NCBI GenBank assembly: GCA_963703315.1 | Contig: OY969811.1 | Span: 800,001-864,000, forward strand | Source of the DNA: an uncultured cyanobacterium | Lineage (GTDB): Bacteria > Cyanobacteriota > Cyanobacteriia > Pseudanabaenales > Pseudanabaenaceae | Reading direction: 5' to 3' | Length of the DNA: 64,000 nucleotides | Part shown: positions 10,413 to 20,632 of the stretch, one piece after another | Layout: the number at the start of each line of letters is the position of its first letter | Numbering within the stretch: position 1 is the first letter of the stretch | Notes under the pieces: generated by a model | Database searches by the model: none | What the model was told of the DNA's origin: nothing | The model's input: the letters and a program-made list of their open reading frames with translations, nothing else | Position numbers and translations under genes: made by a program

Positions 10413-10497
10413 ACAAAAAAGGCGTACTAAGTACGCCTTTTTTATATTCAAGCCCCAAAGAGAATTGCGCCGCAACTCTCTTTGGGGTTTGACATAA

Positions 10498-11763
10498 TTA
10501 GCGAGAGCTTACACTTTTAAGCTCACCCGATAAGATATCGATCGCCTTAGCAAATTGTGGATCAGCAACCGTTCCTACTAAATCACGATTTTTATTGAGT
10601 TTTTCGAGATCGTCTTTCGTTAGCTCTACTACCCGATCAGGTACAATCCCCATGTGATTGATGTCGCGTCCATTGGGGGTGTAGTACTTCGCGATCGTTA
10701 CTGCCATCCCAGATCCATCACTGAGAGAATGTACTGACTGCACTAAGCCTTTACCAAAAGTCTTAGTTCCGACAATAACAGCGCGTTTGTTATCCTGCAA
10801 TGCCCCAGACAAAATTTCACTGGCACTTGCGGAACCGCCATCTACTAAAACCACAAGGGGTTTATTGGTGAGAGATTGACGATTAGCAGTTAAGCGCTCG
10901 TTTTCACCTTTACGGTCAATTGTCGAGACAATGGTGGCATTGTCGAGCCACATCCGTGCAATTTCGGCACTGGAATATAGCAGTCCACCAGGGTTTGAAC
11001 GTAGGTCTAGAACGAAGCCAACGGCTCCTTTACTAACGTGATCTTGGATTGCCTTACGCATATCACTTGCGGCATTAGCATTAAACTGGCGCAGGCTAAT
11101 ATAACCAACCTTGCCAATATTCGTATTCCGCAATTCGGCTTTGACTGGATGAATCTCAATCTTGGCGCGTTCTAGCTCAATATCAAATTGGCGATCGCCC
11201 CGCTTAATCCCCAATTTAACTTTTGTACCAGCAGGACCACGAATGAGGGCGACAGCTTGGTTAATGTCCATGCCCTCAGTAGATTTATTGGCGATCGAAG
11301 TAATAATATCCTTAGTCAAAACGCCAGCACGAGCGGCTGGAGAGTCTTCAATCGGAGCAACAACTGTCAATTGTTTGGTGGCATCATCCATGCCGAGTTG
11401 AATACCGACCCCTGTAAGTTCCCCCGAAGTGTCAATCTGCATACTCTTAAATTGCTCAGGGTCCATAAAGCGGGTATAGGGATCATCAAGCAACTTGAGC
11501 ATTTCTCGAACTGAGCGATAAGCCTCAGCTTTGGATGCATAGTCACGATTTTCGACATACTGTCGTCTGACTTGTCGCCAGTCAACCTTGTTAAAAGAGC
11601 CATCAACATATTCCCTGTTGATCAGCTGCCAAGCTTCGTCAACGATTTCTTTGGGGCTATCCCGAAATGCGGCAATGCTAGGATTTGCTAGCTGAAAACC
11701 AACAACTGCGACAGCCGCCGCTAATGCTGCTGTTGTACCAAGTACAAGTCCGCCTTTTGCCAT
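10498..11763 (-). CDS. ctpC: Carboxyl-terminal processing protease (S41A, CtpC-like)
   Basis: PDZ region, DLRSNPGG, SASASE, TFGKG catalytic motifs; paralogue assignment is from N-terminal resemblance only. Confidence 0.85.
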   Translation of the reverse strand: MAKGGLVLGTTAALAAAVAVVGFQLANPSIAAFRDSPKEIVDEAWQLINREYVDGSFNKVDWRQVRRQYVENRDYASKAEAYRSVREMLKLLDDPYTRFMDPEQFKSMQIDTSGELTGVGIQLGMDDATKQLTVVAPIEDSPAARAGVLTKDIITSIANKSTEGMDINQAVALIRGPAGTKVKLGIKRGDRQFDIELERAKIEIHPVKAELRNTNIGKVGYISLRQFNANAASDMRKAIQDHVSKGAVGFVLDLRSNPGGLLYSSAEIARMWLDNATIVSTIDRKGENERLTANRQSLTNKPLVVLVDGGSASASEILSGALQDNKRAVIVGTKTFGKGLVQSVHSLSDGSGMAVTIAKYYTPNGRDINHMGIVPDRVVELTKDDLEKLNKNRDLVGTVADPQFAKAIDILSGELKSVSSR

Positions 11764-11871
11764 GTCAATTTCCTGAAAGGTTATGTGTGTGTGAGGAATG
11801 GGAGATTCTAAAGTAAATCAACTCTAGCACAGGAGTTTTTAAGCGTGTGATGAAATTACTCAAAGAGGCAA

Positions 11872-11986
11872 TATAGCAAAGCAAATTTTGCTTAGGAGAT
11901 AAGCCCAGAAGATGAGTGGCGGCACAAAGCGCTGCCACTCATCTTCTAGGTTTTGATTTGTACTAGATAAATATTGCTTTGCTGTA
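11872..11986. mobile_element. MITE/REP-like family A copy (TATAGC...GCTATA-type shell, central GC hairpin)
   Basis: Shares GCTTAGGA, CCCAGAA-hairpin-GGTTTT and TTTGTACTAG blocks with 17729-17842, 21802-21910, 31428-31504, 58020-58133. Confidence 0.75.
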
Positions 11987-12073
11987 ATTGCTAATTTGGG
12001 TATTCTGAGAATTTTGTTCTGTGTTGTACCTAATCAGAAATTAGCAGCTTTTGCATCTTCATAAGAGATGAAT

Positions 12074-12087
12074 GTAGCTTCTAATAC
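12074..12087 (+). promoter_or_regulatory. NtcA-binding site upstream of amt
   Basis: GTA-GCTTCTAA-TAC matches GTA-N8-TAC, in TGTA..TACA context. Confidence 0.75.
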
Positions 12088-12213
12088 AAATTGATGCCCT
12101 ATAAGTTGATGAAATCATTTTTGAATAAATTCTCTATGGTAACTATAACAAATGAGCCACTAAGCGCCATAAATTCTTAGCTTCCCTTGAGGGGATGCTC
12201 TTAGAAGCGGTGC

Positions 12214-13860
12214 TTGTTGACCTCATGTCGCCTTATTGTGATGACAAGAAAACTTTGTGAAAGGATAGAGTCTGTGATCAAAAAATTTCTACTGAGTGCG
12301 TTGCTAGTCTTGTGGTTATTGAGTTTTCCTTTTACAGGTCAGACTTGGGCGCAGACAACCACTTCCCCCTCTCCTACGACTAGCCCTACGGAAACTGCTT
12401 CCCCCACGGCAAGTTCTTCGCCTAGTCCTTCAGTTACGGCATCACCCAGTGCTATGCCAACATCGGCTCCAGCAAGTGGTGATGTCGTCACTTTAACAAA
12501 AGAGCAAAAAGAAGCACTTGACAAACTTCTAGCTCCTGCTCCTGCGGCTTCCCCACTCAACTCAGGGGATACCGCCTTTATGTTAGTAGCGGCTGCCCTT
12601 GTTTTACTGATGACTCCCGGTTTGGCATTTTTTTACGGTGGTTTAGTCAGAACTCGTAATGTGCTGAATACGATGATGATGAGCTTACTGCTCATGGCAG
12701 TCGTTGGTGTTACTTGGGTGCTATGGGGATATAGTCTAGCCTTTGATGTAGTTGCTGACGTAGCTAAGGGTACTTTTGGGCAAGGGCTAGAAAAGTTTAT
12801 TGGTGGAGTTGATTGGGTATTTCTCAATGGGGTCAAATTTGATGCACCCGATCCTGTTGGTTATGCAGGGACGATCCCCCATGCAGTGTTCATGGTTTAT
12901 CAAATGATGTTCGCGATTATTACACCTGCACTGATTTCAGGTGCGATCGTTGAACGGATGAGCTTTAAAGCTTATTTTTGGTTTATTCTGCTTTGGTCTA
13001 CCTTTGTTTATTCACCTCTCGCCCACATGGTCTGGGGACGTGGGTTTCTACAAGAACTTGGAGCTTTAGACTTTGCTGGCGGAACAGTTGTTCATATCAG
13101 TTCTGGTGTTGCGGCTGTAGTAGCGGTTTTGGTAATTGGCTCTCGCAAAGATTTTGCGACTAGACCACATACTCCGCATAATGTTCCATACGTGCTTTTA
13201 GGAATTGGACTACTATGGTTTGGCTGGTTTGGCTTTAACGCTGGTAGTGCGCTCTCTGCTGGTCCACAGGCGGCAGTTGCCTTTGTGGCAACTACTGTCT
13301 CTACTTCGGCTGGTGGTCTCACATGGCTATTAGTTGAATGGGTATTACGTGGCAAGCCAACTGCGGTTGGTATTGCTAGCGGATTTTTGGCTGGATTAGT
13401 TGGGATCACACCTGCGGCAGGTTTTGTCACTCCGATTGGTGCGATTTTAATTGGCTCAATTACATCTGTGTGCTGTTTCATTGCTGTGAGTTTGCGTGCC
13501 AAATTCAAGTTTGATGATTCCCTCGATACTTTCTCTGTGCATGGTGTTGGTGGAACTGTTGGCGCAATGTTAACGGGTGTATTTGCAACAAAAGCTGCTT
13601 TAGGCGGAAAGGATAATCTTGGGCTTTTGGATGGTAATCCTATTCTAATTTGGAAGCAGTTTGAAGGTGTTGCTTTTACTTATATATTTGCCGCGATCGC
13701 TACTTTTGTTATTCTGCAAGTTTTAAAACTGTTTATGGACTTGAGAGTACCTCAGTCTGTGGAAGAGCAGGGAATTGACTTACCTGTCCATGGTGAAGAG
13801 GGCTATGGCAGTGATTTTGGTTCTGGTGTATTTGTTGGTTCAAATGCTTCAGAAGGTTAA
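12214..13860 (+). CDS. amt: Ammonium transporter (AmtB-like) with Ser/Pro/Thr-rich N-terminal extension; start may be 12241 or 12274
   Basis: LMTPGLAFFYGG, DFAGGTVVH, WFGWFGFNAGS, FDDSLD..HG motifs. Confidence 0.95.
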   Translation: MLTSCRLIVMTRKLCERIESVIKKFLLSALLVLWLLSFPFTGQTWAQTTTSPSPTTSPTETASPTASSSPSPSVTASPSAMPTSAPASGDVVTLTKEQKEALDKLLAPAPAASPLNSGDTAFMLVAAALVLLMTPGLAFFYGGLVRTRNVLNTMMMSLLLMAVVGVTWVLWGYSLAFDVVADVAKGTFGQGLEKFIGGVDWVFLNGVKFDAPDPVGYAGTIPHAVFMVYQMMFAIITPALISGAIVERMSFKAYFWFILLWSTFVYSPLAHMVWGRGFLQELGALDFAGGTVVHISSGVAAVVAVLVIGSRKDFATRPHTPHNVPYVLLGIGLLWFGWFGFNAGSALSAGPQAAVAFVATTVSTSAGGLTWLLVEWVLRGKPTAVGIASGFLAGLVGITPAAGFVTPIGAILIGSITSVCCFIAVSLRAKFKFDDSLDTFSVHGVGGTVGAMLTGVFATKAALGGKDNLGLLDGNPILIWKQFEGVAFTYIFAAIATFVILQVLKLFMDLRVPQSVEEQGIDLPVHGEEGYGSDFGSGVFVGSNASEG

Positions 13861-13968
13861 TCCCTTTTTTTAAATAATTCCAGACTCTATAAAATGGACG
13901 GCACAATGTGTCGTCCATTTTAATTTATTCCGTTTTCAATCAAAACAAAAAACTAGGTTGGGGAAAAT

Positions 13969-13982
13969 GTATAAACTTACAC
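13969..13982 (+). promoter_or_regulatory. Possible NtcA site (GTA-N8-CAC) upstream of second amt
   Basis: TGTA-TAAACTTA-CACA, one mismatch from consensus. Confidence 0.45.
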
Positions 13983-14070
13983 AAAACTGATGTACTTGAA
14001 TCTGTTGTTATGAACGTAATTAATCTTTGCATTTGCACAGGTATATTAATTCGTAGAGGAGAATTTTAAG

Positions 14071-15597
14071 GTGTTGGTCTATAAATCAAATCAAAAGAGG
14101 AGACTCAAGAGTTCAGTGAACTGGACTGCTTGTATCCCCTTAGCAGCAATTATCGGGGTGTTTTGGGTATATGCAGCTACTGCTCAAACTGCTACTCCTG
14201 AACCCCTAACTCCTGAAAAAGTTAAGGAAAGTGTTGATGCTCTCAAAGTTGGATTGGATACTCTTTGGGTAGTAGTTGCAGCATTTCTAGTGTTTTTTAT
14301 GAATGCTGGCTTTGCTCTGGTGGAATCTGGCTTTTGTCGTCGGAAAAATACAGTAAACATTCTTACTAAAAACTTAATCGTATTTGCGATCGCTACCATC
14401 GCTTACTGGGCGATCGGATTTGGATTCATGTATGGCGATAATGGGGGAAATGCATTTATTGGGTCAAAAGGATTTTTCCTGAGTGGCGCAGACAATAGCC
14501 CTGCAACTCTAACTAACTATAAGGGGGATTTCCCTGGTCTTAGTTGGACAGGTGTACCACTAGAAGCCAAGTTCTTGTTCCAGTTGGTGTTTGCAGGAAC
14601 AGCAGCAACGATTGTGTCAGGTGCAGTAGCTGAAAGAATTAAGTTTCTTTCCTTCTTACTATTTAGCTTTGTGCTAGTTGGCGTTTCCTATCCAATTACT
14701 GGACATTGGATCTGGGGTGGCGGCTGGTTGGCAAATTTAGTCAAAGATGCTCAGGGTGCTACCACTGGTTCATTCTTTGACTTTGCTGGCTGTACCGTAG
14801 TTCACTCAGTTGGTGGTTGGGGCGCATTGATTGGTGCGGCAGTACTAGGCTCTCGGATGGGACGTTATGGCGAAGATGGTAAAAATCGGGCTATTCCTGG
14901 TCATAGCATGGGTCTTGCGACATTAGGTTGCTTGATCCTATGGTTAGGTTGGTTTGGCTTCAATCCTGGTTCAACTATGGCGGCTGATGGGCGTTTGATT
15001 TCTCATATCGCTCTGACTACGAATATGGGCGCTTCCGCAGGTGGGATCGCCGCAACAATCGTTGCTTGGCTATATCTTGGTAAGCCTGACCTATCGATGA
15101 TCGTCAATGGTATTTTGGCTGGATTAGTCTCTGTTACTGCCTCTTGCGCTTGGATTACTTTGCCTAGCGCGCTCATCATTGGTGCGGTTGGCGGCACAAT
15201 TGTTGTGTTTGCAGTTGGCTTCTTCGATAAGCTGAAAATTGACGATCCTGTTGGTGCAACTTCAGTTCACCTTGTTTGTGGTATTTGGGGTACTCTGGCA
15301 GTCGGTTTATTTGCTGTTGGACAGAAAACAGACATTGGCGGCGGTTATATCTTGCAAGCTGGTGCTGGTCCTAAGGCTGGTCTATTCTTTGGTGGTGGTT
15401 TCGATCAACTCTTGTATCAGTTGATCGGTATTGCTTCTGTTGGTGGTTTTACCGTTGCTTTTAGCTTTATTGCTTGGTACGCGATTTCTCTAATTACTGG
15501 GGGCATTCGTGTTGAGCCAGAAGAAGAGTTCAAAGGACTTGATATTTCCGAGCATGGCATGGAAGCTTATTCTGGGTTTGGCAAAGAAAGCGAATAG
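14071..15597 (+). CDS. amt: Ammonium transporter (Amt1-like)
   Basis: [42 protein letters not shown] motifs. Confidence 0.95.
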   Translation: MLVYKSNQKRRLKSSVNWTACIPLAAIIGVFWVYAATAQTATPEPLTPEKVKESVDALKVGLDTLWVVVAAFLVFFMNAGFALVESGFCRRKNTVNILTKNLIVFAIATIAYWAIGFGFMYGDNGGNAFIGSKGFFLSGADNSPATLTNYKGDFPGLSWTGVPLEAKFLFQLVFAGTAATIVSGAVAERIKFLSFLLFSFVLVGVSYPITGHWIWGGGWLANLVKDAQGATTGSFFDFAGCTVVHSVGGWGALIGAAVLGSRMGRYGEDGKNRAIPGHSMGLATLGCLILWLGWFGFNPGSTMAADGRLISHIALTTNMGASAGGIAATIVAWLYLGKPDLSMIVNGILAGLVSVTASCAWITLPSALIIGAVGGTIVVFAVGFFDKLKIDDPVGATSVHLVCGIWGTLAVGLFAVGQKTDIGGGYILQAGAGPKAGLFFGGGFDQLLYQLIGIASVGGFTVAFSFIAWYAISLITGGIRVEPEEEFKGLDISEHGMEAYSGFGKESE

Positions 15598-15724
15598 TTT
15601 TCATTGCTTAATCATGCAATATAGCTCTCTCTATTTGCATTAGGACAAATTAAACTCCCAAAAGAGAGTTGTGCCACTTCGCGGCGTAACTCTCTTTTGT
15701 CTTTTTGTAAAGTTCATCGTAATT

Positions 15725-15748
15725 CCGATAGGGTTATCGGCATATAAT
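15725..15748 (+). promoter_or_regulatory. Inverted repeat CCGATA-N4-TATCGG next to a TATAAT -10 box upstream of sir
   Basis: ccgata gggt tatcgg ca tataat read directly. Confidence 0.55.
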
Positions 15749-15791
15749 GGTGGGGCAAAGAAATTAAAAATATAAAAATTCCTGTTGAACC

Positions 15792-17720
15792 ATGACAAAC
15801 AATTTGATTAATGCTGTCAAAGTATCTAAGGTGGAAACTCTCAAACAAAAAAGTAATTTTTTAAGAGGTCCTATTGATACTGAGCTAAATGATAGCAACC
15901 CGTTTTTCAGCCAAGATGGTATTCAAATTCTGAAGTTTCATGGTTCATATCAACAAAAAGATCGGGATTTAGAAAAGGCGAAGGAAAAGGGCGAAGACGC
16001 ACAGTACAGAATGATGTTGCGGACTCGTAGCCCTGGTGGGTTGATTCCTTGGCAGTTGTATGTCGCTTTGGATAAACTCAGCGATCGCTATGGCAATCAC
16101 ACACTCCGCACTACGACTAGACAAGGTTTTCAGCTTCACGGCGTTCTCAAGGAAAACCTCAAAGCGGTGATTGTGGATATCACTAAAAATATGGGATCAA
16201 CAGTAGGAGCCTGTGGAGACATTAATCGCAATGTGATGGCTCCTCCTGCACCATTTAAAAATAAGCCTGAATACGACTATGCGCGGGAATATGCGGTCAA
16301 GCTTGCTGATCTCCTTGCGCCCCAAGCGGGAGCCTATTACGATATTTGGCTCGATGGTGAAGTAGCTGTAACTGCCTCCGAAGCACCAGAGGTAACTGAG
16401 GCAAGAAAGCGTCAAGGTGCGGGGACTGCCAAAACCAATATCAGCGATGTCGAGCCAATTTATGGCATCCAGTATTTGCCACGCAAATTTAAAATTGCGA
16501 TCGCCGTTGCGGGTGATAACTCCGTTGATCTCTATACCAATGATTTGTCGTTGGTGGTAGTCACCAATGCTGCCAATCAGTTAGAAGGCTTTAATGTCTA
16601 TGTTGGTGGTGGCTTGGGTCGCGCCCATAATAACGATGCCACGATTGTACGGATTGCGGACAGCATTGGCTTTGTCCCTGTTGCCCAAGTTTACGATCTG
16701 GTTAAAGCCGTTGTTGCCTTGCAAAGAGACTATGGCGATCGCCACAACCGTCGTCATTCGCGCTTCAAATATATTTTGGCAGAATGGGGCGTTGAGAAGT
16801 TTAAACAAGTTTTGTTGGAGTATTTCCCAACCAAACTAGCAGATGCCCGTGAACTGCCACCTTTCAAATATCAGGATTATCTTGGTTGGCATGAACAGGG
16901 CGATGGCAAATATTTTGTCGGTGTCTCGATTGAGAATGGTCGCGTGCTAGATCGCGAAGGTTTACAACTAAAAACCGCTTTGCGAGAAATCAGCGAAAAG
17001 TTTCATCATGATTTTGTCCTGACTCCCAATCAAAATTTATTGATTACGGAAGTTGCTGCCGATGAGAAAGAAGAGATTCAGAAAATTCTTGATCGTTGTG
17101 GCGTATTAGCTCCCGACAAGATTGATTCTTTAGTGCGCTATTCGATGGCTTGTCCTGCTTTTCCAACCTGTGGATTAGCGATCGCTGAGTCAGAACGGGC
17201 TTTACCCGATATCTTGGCAAGAGTCCGCCAATTGTTAGTGCGTTTAGGCTTGGACAATGAAACCTTTGTCACGAGGATTACAGGTTGTCCCAATGGTTGC
17301 GCCCGTCCCTACATGGCAGAACTCGCCTTTGTGGGTAGTGCTGCCGATGAATACCAAATTTGGCTCGGCGGTAACTTTGACTCGACCCGTTTAGCGCAAC
17401 CCTACGTGCAGCGCTTGCATATCAACAATTTAGAGAAAGGTTTAGAACCTCTATTTTTCTATTTCAAAAATGAGCGCGTAGAGAGTGAAGGATTTGGCGA
17501 TTTTTGCGATCGCAAAGGTATTGAAGATTTGCGTCAGTTTGCCGAGTCCTACGTTTCGGAACTTCCTGACAGTAAAGCTTCTAAAAGCAAGCGGAAAGAT
17601 GTCCGCCATCGCGTCACTCTTTCCGCTAAGTCCTATGACCTTCTCAAAAAAGCAGTTGAGGAGAATGATACATCCATGAAGGATATTGTCGAGGCGGCTT
17701 TGGAGAAGTATTTGGGTTAA
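15792..17720 (+). CDS. sir: Ferredoxin-dependent sulfite reductase
   Basis: LKFHGSYQQ, TTRQGFQLHG, LPRKFK, CPAFPTCGLA, TGCPNGCARPY siroheme/Fe-S motifs. Confidence 0.95.
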   Translation: MTNNLINAVKVSKVETLKQKSNFLRGPIDTELNDSNPFFSQDGIQILKFHGSYQQKDRDLEKAKEKGEDAQYRMMLRTRSPGGLIPWQLYVALDKLSDRYGNHTLRTTTRQGFQLHGVLKENLKAVIVDITKNMGSTVGACGDINRNVMAPPAPFKNKPEYDYAREYAVKLADLLAPQAGAYYDIWLDGEVAVTASEAPEVTEARKRQGAGTAKTNISDVEPIYGIQYLPRKFKIAIAVAGDNSVDLYTNDLSLVVVTNAANQLEGFNVYVGGGLGRAHNNDATIVRIADSIGFVPVAQVYDLVKAVVALQRDYGDRHNRRHSRFKYILAEWGVEKFKQVLLEYFPTKLADARELPPFKYQDYLGWHEQGDGKYFVGVSIENGRVLDREGLQLKTALREISEKFHHDFVLTPNQNLLITEVAADEKEEIQKILDRCGVLAPDKIDSLVRYSMACPAFPTCGLAIAESERALPDILARVRQLLVRLGLDNETFVTRITGCPNGCARPYMAELAFVGSAADEYQIWLGGNFDSTRLAQPYVQRLHINNLEKGLEPLFFYFKNERVESEGFGDFCDRKGIEDLRQFAESYVSELPDSKASKSKRKDVRHRVTLSAKSYDLLKKAVEENDTSMKDIVEAALEKYLG

Positions 17721-17728
17721 CTTTCAAG

Positions 17729-17842
17729 ATAGCAGCATTAAAACGGCAAAAGTCTTGCAAACCCCCAGAAGGCGAGTTGCGCCGCGGCGCAACTCGCCTT
17801 CTGGGGGTTTAGTTTGTACTAACTAACTCTTGCTTTGCTATA
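17729..17842. mobile_element. MITE/REP-like family A copy
   Basis: aaacccccagaaggcgagttgcgcc|ggcgcaactcgccttctgggggttt + tttgtactaactaactcttgctttgctata. Confidence 0.7.
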
Positions 17843-17969
17843 TCAGGAGTACAAACAGGGAAAGTCAGGTAAGAGGAGCGCGAAGGTATTGATTGTCGGG
17901 AAGAATGGCGATCACCTCTTGTTAGAAAATGCGACAATCGAGCAAATCCGTAAAGTTTTAGAGGACTAG
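17823..17969 (+). pseudogene. Short ORF or 3' gene remnant abutting a repeat element
   Basis: Open frame YQEYKQGKSGKRSAKVLIVGKNGDHLLLENATIEQIRKVLED* whose 5' end runs into the repeat ending at 17842. Confidence 0.45.
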
Positions 17970-17973
17970 GATC

Positions 17974-18597
17974 ATGCCACAGACATTGGCAATTGAAAAA
18001 GTCTCCCTGTACGAGCTAGAGAGTAAATTCGGATTGCAGTTAAATCGCGATCCTAATTTTTTTCGGGAATGGCAGGATGATTTGCCAAGTTTGACGATCG
18101 CTGAGCAAGAAAGATTACAACGGGTACTAGCTATTTCTGCAAATTTAGAACGGCGATCTGTGTTAGAAAACACGGTAAAGATGGCGATCATTTCGCCATT
18201 ATTGGACTTAGCGGGGTTCTTTTTACCGCCTTTTTATGTGGATACAGAAACCGCCGTAGAAATTGTTGCGGAAGATCGGGAGATGCAGTTACGAGGCAGA
18301 ATCGATGTACTGGTTCTCATTGAAAGGATTTGGGTACTGATTATTGAGTCGAAACGGGCAGGATTTTCGCTCAAGGTGGGGATTCCACAAGCTTTGGCTT
18401 ATATGATCGCATCACCGCAGCAACATCAGCCTCTGTTTGGCTTAGTGACTAATGGAAGTAGTTTTTTATTCTTAAAGTTAGTGCATCAGGATACGCCTAT
18501 ATATGCCAAGTCCAAGGAGTTCATTTTGGATCAAGATGATGGTTTGGCGCTGACGCTGCAAATCCTGAAAAAATTAGCAGCGATCGCCTCTAGCTAG
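17974..18597 (+). CDS. Stand-alone restriction endonuclease-like protein (type I R subunit N-terminal-like, PD-(D/E)XK)
   Basis: GRIDVLV...IIESK...QALAYM...GLVTNG motifs. Confidence 0.8.
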   Translation: MPQTLAIEKVSLYELESKFGLQLNRDPNFFREWQDDLPSLTIAEQERLQRVLAISANLERRSVLENTVKMAIISPLLDLAGFFLPPFYVDTETAVEIVAEDREMQLRGRIDVLVLIERIWVLIIESKRAGFSLKVGIPQALAYMIASPQQHQPLFGLVTNGSSFLFLKLVHQDTPIYAKSKEFILDQDDGLALTLQILKKLAAIASS

Positions 18598-18635
18598 AAA
18601 ATGCCAGAATTGAGCAAATCTGTAGGGATATCTAC

Positions 18636-18716
18636 TTAACGTGAGTTCGGGTTAAGAAGGGCTGAAGCCTATATCCATCAATTAATATTCTCCAGAGATA
18701 TCCCGAACTCATGTTA
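18636..18716. mobile_element. MITE-like family E copy (TTAACGTGAGTTCGGG...CCCGAACTCATGTTAA)
   Basis: 16-bp near-perfect terminal inverted repeat; lone matching end at 3980-3999. Confidence 0.7.
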
Positions 18717-18717
18717 A

Positions 18718-19554
18718 TTATCTTGTCTCTGGCGTTGGTGTTACTCGCTTCGGTGAAGGAATCAGATAGGCAATTACCGCACCACCAAAAAATCCCGACA
18801 CATTGCGTACAATTGGCAGCCATTCATTCGTGCGTGTCAGCACAGGTCCTAGACCAAAGGAAATAAATAACATTCCCCATAGCGGTGTGAAGATTAGCGC
18901 CCATTTCCATGCAAATATTTCGCCTTCCTTCCGAGGATGTCCCGCAAATCCAAAGACTACGCCGCCCACAATGGAAGTAATCAGCGTTAAAATCCATTGC
19001 TCTTGGGGAATCCCCGGAACGACCGCACAACCATCTTGATCTAAGCAAGTGGCGATCGCATCAATCGCTGACAAAATTGATTGATCGTAACCCTGTTCAC
19101 GTACATAGAACTGATTGCCATAACGAGATTGCAATTCAATCCAGAAACCTCTCGATAGCAAGGGATACACCGCATCCCCCACACTAAAATTTAATAAATT
19201 ACGTCCCCGTGAATCAGCGACTAACATCACACTGTGATCGTCAAGTCCCCAAAATTCTTTCACGGCACGACCGGGGGTGCGGTCAACTTGGGTCAGAACC
19301 CGCAATTTCCAACCTGTACTTTCTTCAAATTTGGTTAACTTTTGGTCAAGTGCCAATTCTTCGGAATCAGTCAAAAAGCGACCGAGATCAATTACGTTTG
19401 TATATTGTTCGGGCAGTAGCTCTGGTGCATCAAAGGCATGAGCCGCAGGAATATACGTAAAGGCGATCGCGAAGGGAAGTATCAAGGCGATCGCGATCGC
19501 TCCAAATCTCTGCATAAATCTCTGCATAAACTTTTGCAAAGCGAATTTAATCAT
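18718..19554 (-). CDS. TPM-domain protein (thylakoid lumen/membrane)
   Basis: Signal peptide AAHA, WKLRVLTQ, GNQFYVRE, C-terminal TM helices. Confidence 0.8.
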   Translation of the reverse strand: MIKFALQKFMQRFMQRFGAIAIALILPFAIAFTYIPAAHAFDAPELLPEQYTNVIDLGRFLTDSEELALDQKLTKFEESTGWKLRVLTQVDRTPGRAVKEFWGLDDHSVMLVADSRGRNLLNFSVGDAVYPLLSRGFWIELQSRYGNQFYVREQGYDQSILSAIDAIATCLDQDGCAVVPGIPQEQWILTLITSIVGGVVFGFAGHPRKEGEIFAWKWALIFTPLWGMLFISFGLGPVLTRTNEWLPIVRNVSGFFGGAVIAYLIPSPKRVTPTPETR

Positions 19555-19653
19555 AGTTTTTATTAAAGTCTAAGTTAAAAGCTGATCTTAATATTTCTTA
19601 ATATCTTAGCAACAGTATATAGTTAAAGATACTTTCTCTTCGTATTTTTTCCT

Positions 19654-20493
19654 ATGGCAAGCCCAATTCAGTGGTATCCAGGTCATATCGCCAAAGCTGA
19701 AAAGCAGTTGTTAGAACAACTAAAATTGGTGGATGTGGTGATTGAGGTGCGCGATTCACGCATTTTGATGTCTAGCAAGCACCCCAAAATCGAAAAATGG
19801 GTGGAGGGAAAGTCACATATTTTAGTCTGCAATCGCATTGATGCCATTTCCTCCAATGTGCGATCGCAATGGACGCGCTGGTTTACTGAGCAAGATCGCA
19901 TGGCATATTTCACCGATGCTCAAGAGGGTAAAGGCATGGTGGATCTACTCAAGGCGGCTCAAGTCGCGGGGGAAAAGGTCAATGAACGGCGGCGGGGTCG
20001 GGGGATGTTGCCGCGCCCTGTCAGGGCAGTAGTTGTGGGCTTCCCCAATGTTGGTAAGTCAGCATTAATTAACCGCTTGCTCAAGAAAAAAGTGGTTGCT
20101 AGTGCCAATAAACCGGGGGTAACGCGCCAATTACGTTGGATCAGAATTTCTGATCAAATTGAGTTGTTGGACACCCCTGGGGTAATTCCACCTTTGCTGC
20201 ATGATCAAGATGCGGCTTTGAAATTAGCAATTTGCGATGATATCGGGCAAGCCGCTTACGACAATGTGTTAGTCGCTGCGGAAGCGGTGGATTTATTGAT
20301 GAAACTAAATGTGAAATTAAGTAGCCGTTACGTCATTGACCCTGCGACTGTCACTTCAGGGATCGAGTATATTCACGAAGTCGCGGCTTTAAACAAGTTT
20401 CAAGGGGATTTAGATAAAGTGGCAAGGCTAATTTTGTACGATTTCCGTAAAGGGAAATTGGGGGCGATCGCCCTTGAATTACCACCATTCTAA
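19654..20493 (+). CDS. rbgA: Ribosome biogenesis GTPase RbgA/YlqF
   Basis: IQWYPGH, GFPNVGKS, PGVT, LLDTPG motifs. Confidence 0.95.
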   Translation: MASPIQWYPGHIAKAEKQLLEQLKLVDVVIEVRDSRILMSSKHPKIEKWVEGKSHILVCNRIDAISSNVRSQWTRWFTEQDRMAYFTDAQEGKGMVDLLKAAQVAGEKVNERRRGRGMLPRPVRAVVVGFPNVGKSALINRLLKKKVVASANKPGVTRQLRWIRISDQIELLDTPGVIPPLLHDQDAALKLAICDDIGQAAYDNVLVAAEAVDLLMKLNVKLSSRYVIDPATVTSGIEYIHEVAALNKFQGDLDKVARLILYDFRKGKLGAIALELPPF

Positions 20494-20632
20494 GTTTCGG
20501 TAGGCTTGTTAAAGAGAGTGGCGGCGCAAAGCGCTGCCACTCTCTTTTTAGTTTTGGTATTACAGGAAGAGATCTATTGATGGCGATCGCTTAAGTCATA
20601 ATTAAGTTTCTAAGAAAAATCCCCAGATTGAA

